DNA of 36,637 nt from contig CAYIOH010000001.1 in the NCBI GenBank assembly GCA_964364975.1, positions 1 through 36,637 of the forward strand, read 5' to 3'. Each line of letters begins with the position of its first letter. Within the stretch, counting starts at the first letter, position 1. Shown piece by piece: positions 8,905 to 16,369 of this stretch. The DNA is from an uncultured Bifidobacteriaceae bacterium. GTDB lineage: Bacteria; Verrucomicrobiota; Verrucomicrobiia; Limisphaerales; JADLHS01. The position numbers were made by a program, and so were the translations under genes. The notes under the pieces were generated by a model. The model was not told the origin of the DNA. It did no database searches and saw only the letters and a program-made list of their open reading frames with translations.

Positions 8905-10135
8905 AGACCACGCAATCCGGTTTTGGGCCTTGCCCGAGCGCCCAGCAGTAAACGGCGTGCATCTGCTCCGCGACGCCCAGCCAACTGTATCTGGTTTCCA
9001 CCAGTTGGCGGCCGCGGGCACCCATCTCGCGTCTCTCCTCATCAGTCTGGCCTATGGCTTGGCCTAAGGCCAAGGCCAGGTGTTCCGCACCGACGTCGAT
9101 ACACCAGCCGCAACGGTGCGTTTCCAATTCTTCCCACGGTGTGGCACGTGTTGTGATCACGGGCACACCACAGGCGAGCGCTTCGCCGACCACCAGGCCG
9201 AAATTTTCGGAGTAGCTTGGCAGAACGAACAGGTCCGCCCCGCGATAAAGCTCCCACCTGGCCTCACCTGCCACTTGCCCAGCGAATTCAAAGTCGTTCT
9301 CAATGTGTAGTTGACGGGCGAGAGCTTCGAGCTCCCGCTGGTGACAGCCTTCATCCCGGCCCGCGACGACGACCCGCCAACCTTGAGGTCGCACACTTGC
9401 CCAGGCGCACAGCAGATCAGGAAGCCCTTTTATTGGGTGTATCCTCCCCAGGTAGAGAAGGACCTTTGATCTGGAAGCGAAGGGCGAAGGACGAAGGGCG
9501 AAGGGCACTTTGCTCTCGGCTCTTGGCTTTTGGCTTAAATCCGGCACTTCGATCCCATTCGGCACGACCGCGATCGCCTGCCGCAGGCCCACCGCGCGAA
9601 ACTCCCGAGCCTCTTCTGGCGAGGTCGCATGCAACACTTGGGCGCACTGCAAGTCACGACGCTGATACAGCACCCAGGCGATCCGTTTCTTCAGCCCTTT
9701 GAATCGGAGTGCCCAGCTGGAGAGCATCCCACGTGGGCTGACGATACGAGGGATTCTGAATTCCCGGCACACTGTGGCCACCGCGTGGTTCGTCAACAAC
9801 CAAAGCCCGGTATCATGCACGAGTTGCACGTCCCCGTTACGAGAACGATCACGGATAGCAGATTTGAATCGCGGTGTCCACTGGGCACACCGCTCAAGCG
9901 CCGAACTGCAAGAGACGAGGGTTGTCTGTGCCGCCGCACGCGAGGGAATCAGAGGCTCGCCAAACCCCGGACCGTAATCGAGCGAAACCACCTCGACCTT
10001 AACGCCATGGTGCCCCAAAGCCTCACACAGTGCTGGCACACTGCGCGAAGGACCACCGCTTTCGGGATGCAATCCCGCAATCGCAAACAGGACTTTGAAT
10101 GAGGTCACGCTAAGCGGCAGCGCTATGCTCGGCAC
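8894..10135 (-). CDS. Glycosyltransferase family 4
   Basis: 413 aa. GT4 N-domain (GGPSRSV...), C-domain LGRIHPIKG, LPSYSENFGLVVGEALACGVPVITT (EX7E-type). A 21-codon low-complexity insert coincides with the array at 9474-9536. The stop codon lies inside the array at 8880-8904. Confidence 0.8.
   Translation of the reverse strand: MPSIALPLSVTSFKVLFAIAGLHPESGGPSRSVPALCEALGHHGVKVEVVSLDYGPGFGEPLIPSRAAAQTTLVSCSSALERCAQWTPRFKSAIRDRSRNGDVQLVHDTGLWLLTNHAVATVCREFRIPRIVSPRGMLSSWALRFKGLKKRIAWVLYQRRDLQCAQVLHATSPEEAREFRAVGLRQAIAVVPNGIEVPDLSQKPRAESKVPFALRPSPFASRSKVLLYLGRIHPIKGLPDLLCAWASVRPQGWRVVVAGRDEGCHQRELEALARQLHIENDFEFAGQVAGEARWELYRGADLFVLPSYSENFGLVVGEALACGVPVITTRATPWEELETHRCGWCIDVGAEHLALALGQAIGQTDEERREMGARGRQLVETRYSWLGVAEQMHAVYCWALGQGPKPDCVVSDG
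9474..9536. repeat. Mosaic heptamer array (9 units = 63 bp = 21 codons) inside the GT4 CDS
   Basis: GAAGCGA AGGGCGA AGGACGA AGGGCGA AGGGCAC TTTGCTC TCGGCTC TTGGCTT TTGGCTT. Translated on the minus strand as SQKPRAESKVPFALRPSPFAS. Confidence 0.85.
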
Positions 10136-10175
10136 ACGATGCCCGCGCGGCTAGAAGGCAAGACGTGAAGGACCT

Positions 10176-11618
10176 TTATTTTCCGCACTGTGATTCCGTA
10201 CCAACTGCCGGCCACCCAGCGACTACCACATCGGCCGGTTTCGGCAGGCGAAATCTCGTTTTGCGCCGGAACCTTCCTATCGCAACGGCGCGACCGTTTG
10301 CACCCGAAAACACGCTCGCTCCTCGAGCGACGCAATAAGCTGCCGCAACGGCTGCACCAGCAGATGACATCAACTCGGCCAACCTCCCTGTTTGCACAAT
10401 AGACAGCGCAAGAACCGACCAACATAAGAACTTAGTAAGATTTTGCTTCTGCACGCTCGCGGCCATCTGATAGTCGCAATGCCGAGTCAATGATCCCAAC
10501 AGGAAATTGCCCACGAACAACCCGATGATTCCGAAGTTGATGTAAAACTCGAATGAGGGGCCTAGCCCAACGCTGGTAGTTTCTCGAAAATTCAGTCCTG
10601 TGTATTTGGCAACGATTTCTGAGTTGCCTACGTACACCGGCTTTCCTGGCCAGAGGATGCGCGGAATGAGAGCCGTGAAGCCTTCGACTATCGACTGGCC
10701 CCACAAGTATTCCACGTGCCCCGCCTGCAGGTTGTTGACCACTCTGCCGAACATCCATCCCTGCGCCAGCCTCGAAGTGATGACCTTCCGTTGCTGTGGA
10801 TCCCAAGGGTTGAACCACTCAAAGTTCTCGAAGGTATTCCGCATCTGTGCGGCGCGTACGGATAAGGCAGCTCCTTTTTCCCAGAGCAGTTCGCGCATGA
10901 CGGACCGGTCTCGCATGTACGTCTGGAAGATTGACATGCCGAGGTAACACAGGATACAGGCCGGAACGAGCATCCTTAATCTCCGTTGCGTTCTCCTTGT
11001 GATGACTGCCGCGAGAAGAGAAAAGATCATCAGACCGTAGCCAGAGAAACCAAGCAGAAGAACGGAGGCCGCGAAAACCACGGTGGCAATCGCAAACGCG
11101 GCCGTCAGCCCAGTTGATCCTGACACTGAGCCGCCGAAATTCGGGCGGAACAGGTAGCAAGCGAAAAGGGATGCAAGGACGATGGCCTTTCCACCGGAAG
11201 CGAGGGCTGTGGCTGTAGGCAAGCCCCGGACAAGAGGGAAAACCCCAAGCCAGACAACCAAGCCGGCCAGTCCAGTGGAATAAAGTTGCTTCCTTGAAAC
11301 TGTGTATGACCCCGGGCGCGTAGTCGCGCCCGTCGCCACCTTCACCTGCCGACGATGAATCAACAGCAAACCAAGGACGAAAGCCAAAAAGCTGATAGTG
11401 CCGTGCCTCTGAGAAACGAGGGCGAGCTGGGTTTCTTCCGAGGACCGGTACGAAAGTGAGACCAGCGCTGGAATCCAGTCATTCAATAAGGCAAAGACCA
11501 AGTACATGAGTGGATAAGCAGTGGTTGATATCCTTTGATCCAGGAACCGTCGTAGCATCAAAACGGCTGCGGACAGACGGATTGCCAGGAGGGCGGTGAT
11601 TTCAAATTCAACTTCCAC
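10176..11618 (-). CDS. Polytopic membrane protein, O-antigen polymerase/ligase-like (Wzy/WaaL superfamily) candidate
   Basis: 480-aa ORF with about 10 hydrophobic segments and one larger loop. Its position inside a glycan cluster and its locally lower GC are typical of wzy. No sequence motif was firmly recognised. Confidence 0.45.
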   Translation of the reverse strand: MEVEFEITALLAIRLSAAVLMLRRFLDQRISTTAYPLMYLVFALLNDWIPALVSLSYRSSEETQLALVSQRHGTISFLAFVLGLLLIHRRQVKVATGATTRPGSYTVSRKQLYSTGLAGLVVWLGVFPLVRGLPTATALASGGKAIVLASLFACYLFRPNFGGSVSGSTGLTAAFAIATVVFAASVLLLGFSGYGLMIFSLLAAVITRRTQRRLRMLVPACILCYLGMSIFQTYMRDRSVMRELLWEKGAALSVRAAQMRNTFENFEWFNPWDPQQRKVITSRLAQGWMFGRVVNNLQAGHVEYLWGQSIVEGFTALIPRILWPGKPVYVGNSEIVAKYTGLNFRETTSVGLGPSFEFYINFGIIGLFVGNFLLGSLTRHCDYQMAASVQKQNLTKFLCWSVLALSIVQTGRLAELMSSAGAAVAAAYCVARGASVFSGANGRAVAIGRFRRKTRFRLPKPADVVVAGWPAVGTESQCGK

Positions 11619-11704
11619 AACTAAGCCTATTATCGAATGATTGGCCTGAGCTCGACGGCGATGAGAGCTTTCGATATTTTCCGCTCTTGAAGTTGCCCAT
11701 TGCG

Positions 11705-12979
11705 TTAGGCGGTTTTCCGACCAGTCCAGTCATGCTTCCTTGACCCACGAGCACTCGCAATAAAGACTTCGGCCCATCGTTGGCGAAAGCGTTCCAAGCC
11801 GAACTTTGTTTGCAGGCTGTGACGCGCATTTGCGCCCGCTTCCTGCCGCGCTATCGGGTTCGCCGCGAAATAACGGATGCCCTCAGCCAGCGCCCCCGGT
11901 GTACATTCTCTGCAAACGTAGCCGTCCACGCCGTGTTCAATCAGTTCCGTCACCCCACCGACAGGGAAAACAACCGACGCCACACCTTCACGCTTGGCTT
12001 CAAAAACCACATTCGGCGACGGTTCCTCCCAGACTGATGGGCATACGTGAACGTCGGCTGAGCGCAAGAGACTCGCCACATCTCCCCGGTAGCCAAGGAA
12101 ACAGATGCGCTCACCCCATCCGCCGGCTTTGACTTGATTCTGCAAACGAGAGAAAGTCTGGTTTCCCCAGGTTGACTCCCCGGCAACCCAGAATACTAAA
12201 TTCTCACCCTGCTTAAGCAACAACTCAGCCGCTCCGACCAGCACCGGAACGCCCTTGTGTTCGGCTACCTGGCCAACATAAAGCACGACCACACTGCCAG
12301 CCGGAACCGACGGCAATTCACTTGTTGTGGTCAGGCTCCGGAACGGCGGGTGATTGTAAATCACTTGCATTCTATCCGCTTCCACCCCCATCGCGAGGAA
12401 CCGCTGCCGCAAGAATTCGCAGTTGCAAACCACCCGGCCTGCGTCGTGCAGCAACTTCTGGCTCGTCCAGCGATATAACCAGTTTTGCCAGGGAAGCTGG
12501 TCGCCCGCCCGATAAATCAGCGGCAACCCGACCCACCGAATCGCAGGAGCCGCATACATCCAGAATAACCAGTTGGGCGCATAGACATGAGTCGCACGCC
12601 AGCGTCGTGCCTCGCGCCACACCCGCCAGCACGTGGCCACCAGCCCATAAAGATTGAAGAAGCCGTAGTAAAAGTAGCGCCCCAACAGATATTTGCCCCA
12701 GTGGTAGCCAAACGGCGCGGTCGTCCACTCGAAACCCAGCCGCGTGAGTTCCGGTTGAATCACCTGCGCGCCGAATTTGCCACAGGTCACGAACCGCGCT
12801 TGCAGTCCGAGTTCCCTCAAACAACGAAAAACTTCGAGGTTCGCCCGTTCTTGGCCGAACCAATCCGTGCCACCAAAGAGCACCAGCACCCGCATTCCAT
12901 CAAGGCGCGGCAAGTCCTTCCCCGCCGCCGACGCTGCAGGAATTCCTTCGCCAGACTGAACATCTTCACTCACCTGCAT
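11705..12979 (-). CDS. Glycosyltransferase family 4
   Basis: 424 aa. MRVLVLFGGTDWFGQERANL N-domain; YVGQVAEHKG, VCPSVWEEPSPNVVFEAKREGVASVV C-domain. The internal ATG at 12895 (MRVLVLF) is an alternative start. Confidence 0.8.
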   Translation of the reverse strand: MQVSEDVQSGEGIPAASAAGKDLPRLDGMRVLVLFGGTDWFGQERANLEVFRCLRELGLQARFVTCGKFGAQVIQPELTRLGFEWTTAPFGYHWGKYLLGRYFYYGFFNLYGLVATCWRVWREARRWRATHVYAPNWLFWMYAAPAIRWVGLPLIYRAGDQLPWQNWLYRWTSQKLLHDAGRVVCNCEFLRQRFLAMGVEADRMQVIYNHPPFRSLTTTSELPSVPAGSVVVLYVGQVAEHKGVPVLVGAAELLLKQGENLVFWVAGESTWGNQTFSRLQNQVKAGGWGERICFLGYRGDVASLLRSADVHVCPSVWEEPSPNVVFEAKREGVASVVFPVGGVTELIEHGVDGYVCRECTPGALAEGIRYFAANPIARQEAGANARHSLQTKFGLERFRQRWAEVFIASARGSRKHDWTGRKTA

Positions 12980-13033
12980 AGCGTTTTTCCCATTTGCTGT
13001 GCTACCTGGGTCGCCTCACTCCGTGTGCCTCCT

Positions 13034-13103
13034 GTAGCCGACGACGTAAGGAGGCGGGACAAATATCCATCCAAACCGTCCACCTCCTGACGTCGGTGGC
13101 TAC
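13034..13103. repeat. Imperfect 21-bp inverted repeat in the intergenic gap between two GT4 genes
   Basis: GTAGCCGACGACGTAAGGAGG (13034-13054) versus CCTCCTGACGTCGGTGGCTAC (13083-13103). 18 of 21 positions are complementary; 28-nt spacer. Confidence 0.6.
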
Positions 13104-13127
13104 ACCGCAATAGCGTTCCTTCAGGTG

Positions 13128-14537
13128 TCATCGCTCGTCCTTCGTAGTGACCAACTTTCGTACGGCCTCCACCGTTCCTTTCACCGCTTCCTCTAAACTG
13201 TAAGCCCGCATTTTTTCCTCCAGCGCCGGTGTGAAATCATACCCGGCCAATTTCATTTCCCCGAGCGCCATCAACCGGCCAGCCAGCGCTGTGACATCGG
13301 CGACAGGGAAAGCGAATCCGGTTCTTCCTCCCTCAATCAAGTCCGGCGCGCAACCCACAGCCACCGAAACAATCGCCGGCAACCCACACGCCATCGCTTC
13401 GTTGACCACCAGTCCCCACGTCTCGCTCTCTGAAGGCAGGACCAGCACCTCGGCGGCGGCATAATAACGCGGCAGTTCTGACTGGTTCTTGAAGCCAGTG
13501 AAGTGAACGCGCAGATTTTCCCGCGCCGCCAGTTCGCGCAATTCGTTCTCCAGTTCGCCAGCCCCGACGAATACGGCGAGCACATTCATCCCGGTAGGGC
13601 GCGTCACTCCGTGCGCGCCGATAGGTTGAATGGGCGTTCCGGACGGCGCGCACGGAGTGACGCGCCCTACCTTGGGATCCGCACGAAGGGTGAGTTCGCC
13701 TCGCAACTTCGCCATCGCCTGCAGTAAATCTTGCGGCCGCTTCTTCGGTATGAATTTTCCCACGAACAAAACCACTAATGTCCGCCGGCAGTCCTGTGGT
13801 CCTGTAGTCCCGTTGTCCTCATCCGTTACACCCCACTGTCTTCTAATTTCAGCTTTCTGCTTTCGCGCTATTTCTGCTTTCCCCCCGAACCATTCATTAT
13901 TCACAAAATGCGGCGCGAAAAATATTTTCCCCTCCGGCACGCCGTAATGCGCGAGATATTCCGCGTTGCGTCGGCCAACCGGTAGATACCCGGCGAATTG
14001 CCGGAGCAGTAGTCGATAGGCAATGGCCTTGACCGAGCGCTTAAGCCAGGAGCGGGGAGTACCGAGTTGGGAATCGCCCCGCACAAGAATCGGCACGCCC
14101 GCGCGCCGACATGCCCGCACCGCCTGCCAATACGATTTCAAATGCCAACCGCAAACGATGAAGGCGTCGAAGCGCTTCGCGCTTTGACCACTGACCACTG
14201 ACCACTGACCACTGACCTCCATCCCATGCTTTGTTGTCCCGTTGTCCGTTGTCCGCTGTCCCGTGGTCCCAGAAATGATGTCTGCAATTTCTGGCGTATC
14301 GCAGCCGAAGAAATTATTCACGCCAGGCCGTGCTGATACGTTGATCAGGAAACGGTGGTTGTAACCCGACAGCAAGTCCACGTCCCAATCGAACGCCACA
14401 CCAAACCCGGCCTTCCCCTGCTCCGCCGCCGATTGCCGGTGTGCAAAAAAACCCTCCAAATCCACTTCCTTTGCCAACCCGCGAAACCAAGGCGCCAGGT
14501 ATTGGATCGGATGACTTGCCAAAACTCCCAGTCGCAT
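13128..14537 (-). CDS. Glycosyltransferase family 4 interrupted in frame by three repeat-derived segments
   Basis: 469 aa. GT4/GT1-fold motifs FVGKFIPKKRPQDLL, VLPSESETWGLVVNEAMACGLPAIVS. Three non-family-like segments coincide with DNA repeats at 14186-14269, 13791-13881 and 13593-13671. Confidence 0.8.
   Translation of the reverse strand: MRLGVLASHPIQYLAPWFRGLAKEVDLEGFFAHRQSAAEQGKAGFGVAFDWDVDLLSGYNHRFLINVSARPGVNNFFGCDTPEIADIISGTTGQRTTDNGTTKHGMEVSGQWSVVSGQSAKRFDAFIVCGWHLKSYWQAVRACRRAGVPILVRGDSQLGTPRSWLKRSVKAIAYRLLLRQFAGYLPVGRRNAEYLAHYGVPEGKIFFAPHFVNNEWFGGKAEIARKQKAEIRRQWGVTDEDNGTTGPQDCRRTLVVLFVGKFIPKKRPQDLLQAMAKLRGELTLRADPKVGRVTPCAPSGTPIQPIGAHGVTRPTGMNVLAVFVGAGELENELRELAARENLRVHFTGFKNQSELPRYYAAAEVLVLPSESETWGLVVNEAMACGLPAIVSVAVGCAPDLIEGGRTGFAFPVADVTALAGRLMALGEMKLAGYDFTPALEEKMRAYSLEEAVKGTVEAVRKLVTTKDER
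13593..13671. repeat. Perfect 28-bp-stem palindromic element (REP/RPE-like) inside the GT4 CDS
   Basis: GGTAGGGCGCGTCACTCCGTGCGCGCCG (13593-13620) and its exact reverse complement CGGCGCGCACGGAGTGACGCGCCCTACC (13644-13671), with a 23-nt loop. Translated in frame as ...VGRVTPCAPSGTPIQPIGAHGVTRPT.... Confidence 0.9.
13791..13881. repeat. Mosaic heptamer array inside the GT4 CDS
   Basis: GTCCTGT GGTCCTG TAGTCCC GTTGTCC TCATCCG ... TTTCAGC TTTCTGC TTTCGCG CTATTTC TGCTTTC. Shares the 11-mer TTTCTGCTTTC (two copies here) and GTGGTCC/GTTGTCC units with 8162-8259 and 14186-14269. Confidence 0.75.
14186..14269. repeat. Mosaic heptamer array (12 units = 84 bp = 28 codons) with a perfect (GACCACT)4 tract, inside the GT4 CDS
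   Basis: GACCACT x4 (14186-14213) GACCTCC ATCCCAT GCTTTGT TGTCCCG TTGTCCG TTGTCCG CTGTCCC GTGGTCC. Encodes ...TTGQRTTDNGTTKHGMEVSGQWSVVSGQ.... Confidence 0.9.
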
Positions 14538-14542
14538 CTGGC

Positions 14543-15439
14543 TCAGTTCAACTGCGGGGGTGGTTGGGGCGTCCTGTCCGCCAACATTGAAGCGGTCACG
14601 AATCGCAAGCCTGCCACCGCGCTCAGGCGTTTAACATTCTTGACGAAATGTAACAACCCATGGCCCGCCAGATCCTCGGGGTGAAAGTGAAAAGCCCACG
14701 CCGGACCGGGCGACCGCGGCAGCGCGTCCCACGGTTCGGTGAGCATCTTGGTGCGGTTGCGCAACCCGGCAATGGAGAGGCATCCATGACGCAGCCGCCA
14801 AGCAACGCGACGCAGCCTGGCTGCTGCCTGGTTCTGAAATTGAGCAATCGGAATCTCCAGCAAGCGCATTTGGCCTGGACGCTGATAGTCGTCGGTCGCC
14901 GGATGGTAAGGGACGTCGGGGCAGCGCAACCAATCCACCTTCAGGGTGTCCGTTCCCGCGCGGGGCCAAACTATGTTCCCCGGCAACGCTGAAAAATCAA
15001 CGCGCACGCCCACAGACTCGAACTGATTCATCAGGTGGTTGCTGCCGAAGTCCCAGCCGGTGCGCGTGGCGGCAACGGGCGCGTGGGCGGCTAGCGCTTC
15101 GTGCGCCGCCCGCAACCAAGGCGGTTGCGGGTCAAATCCGAAATGGCCCTGCTCTCGTTTGAACGAAGCCAGATGCATGTGCCAGCCAATTTCGTGTCCG
15201 CGATCGATCATGGAACGCCAGAAAGATGGTCGGACTTGAAAACCTGAATCGAATTTGCCAGTCGCAAAACGGACGCTTTCATCGCTGCGAAGCAGCCAGG
15301 TGATCGGCGGCAGTCGCGGGCCGAAGGATTCAACCAGCCCGTCGAGCAAGCGCAGACAGCCCCAAATGTCGTCGCCGCACGGATTCGCCAGCCGCGGAGG
15401 AAGAATCGGATCAACGTCACAGCCCAACAAGACCTTCAT
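14543..15439 (-). CDS. Putative polysaccharide deacetylase-like (CE4-like) protein
   Basis: The ORF is open to 15538, but the ATG at 15439 overlaps the upstream stop (ATGA). It starts MKVLLGCDVDP and contains GHEIGWHMH, resembling NodB motifs 1 and 2. The functional call is tentative. Confidence 0.5.
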   Translation of the reverse strand: MKVLLGCDVDPILPPRLANPCGDDIWGCLRLLDGLVESFGPRLPPITWLLRSDESVRFATGKFDSGFQVRPSFWRSMIDRGHEIGWHMHLASFKREQGHFGFDPQPPWLRAAHEALAAHAPVAATRTGWDFGSNHLMNQFESVGVRVDFSALPGNIVWPRAGTDTLKVDWLRCPDVPYHPATDDYQRPGQMRLLEIPIAQFQNQAAARLRRVAWRLRHGCLSIAGLRNRTKMLTEPWDALPRSPGPAWAFHFHPEDLAGHGLLHFVKNVKRLSAVAGLRFVTASMLADRTPQPPPQLN

Positions 15440-16170
15440 GAGTGCTTCTGCGCAACGATGAATTGTGACGGGGCCAACCGGAGACGCCCCATCCAATGGG
15501 CTTTGCGGAGCGAGGGCTTGAGGAGGCGCCCCAGCCACGGGAACAGGTTGACGAATTTGTCGAGAATGCCTGTGCCGTACTCTTCGAGCACGTCAAAACC
15601 AGTCGTTGCCAACACCTCTGCCACATAGCCGGGATGATGACCGAATAGTGTTTGCGAGTATGGCTCGATGTCGCGATTGAACGGGCTGGCCGCCCGACCC
15701 ACGAGCCGCTGCAAAATTCGTTTCACGTTCCGTTTGTTGCTGTAGTTAAACACCAACCTTCCACCCGGTTTGAGCACACGATGAATCTCCGTCAGCGCCG
15801 TCGTTGGGTCGCCAAGATGGTGGAAGACGCGTACCATCAGGACGGCATCCAACGATCTCTCCGGGAAGGGAAGGTTGGCCACGCTGGCATCATGATATGT
15901 CGCGGCATTGCCATAAATCCTCTGGGCAGCTTGGCGAAGATTGCTGGCTGGCTCTACCAAATGGACTTGCTGATACTTGCCGACATAACAGTCCGCGAGG
16001 CGGCCAAAACCCGCGCCCAGGTCGGCAACGCTTGCGCCGCCCGGGAGACAGTGAGCCGCTATTAAGTGCTCCAGTTCATCCAAATACTTTTTCCCGGACC
16101 CTACCCAGAACTGCTCGTAATCCCTTCCTTCGTAACCTTTCCAATCCAAAGCTTGTATCTTATCTGCCAT
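15436..16170 (-). CDS. Class I SAM-dependent methyltransferase
   Basis: 244 aa. Motif I VADLGAGFGRL and post-I/II DAVLMVRVFHHLGDP...VLKPGGRLVF. Confidence 0.8.
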   Translation of the reverse strand: MADKIQALDWKGYEGRDYEQFWVGSGKKYLDELEHLIAAHCLPGGASVADLGAGFGRLADCYVGKYQQVHLVEPASNLRQAAQRIYGNAATYHDASVANLPFPERSLDAVLMVRVFHHLGDPTTALTEIHRVLKPGGRLVFNYSNKRNVKRILQRLVGRAASPFNRDIEPYSQTLFGHHPGYVAEVLATTGFDVLEEYGTGILDKFVNLFPWLGRLLKPSLRKAHWMGRLRLAPSQFIVAQKHS

Positions 16171-16369
16171 TTTGTGGATTTGTCCTGTTAACGCATGCCT
16201 TTTTCAACAATGCCAAAGTGGGGCGAGCAATTCAGATGATCAAGGAATTTCAATCCGTCCGCACCCACCACGGCGATCTGCGAAAGACGTATCCCGGCGA
16301 CTCTTTCAGCGTCTGTGGCCCTTGCGAAAGAGTGTTCCCGGCTCAACTCCGCGCTGCCAGCACCCTATC

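Noticed and set aside
8162-14269. Could the short repeat arrays be CRISPR arrays?
   Set aside because: Units are 7 bp, directly abutting with no spacers. They lie inside conserved ORFs, and no cas genes are present.
16171-16369. 199-bp lower-GC gap with a 7-bp stem (CTCTTTC...GAAAGAG), as a possible internal terminator or promoter
   Set aside because: The stem is short, the loop is 18 nt, and I could not recognise -35/-10 or U-tract elements with confidence.
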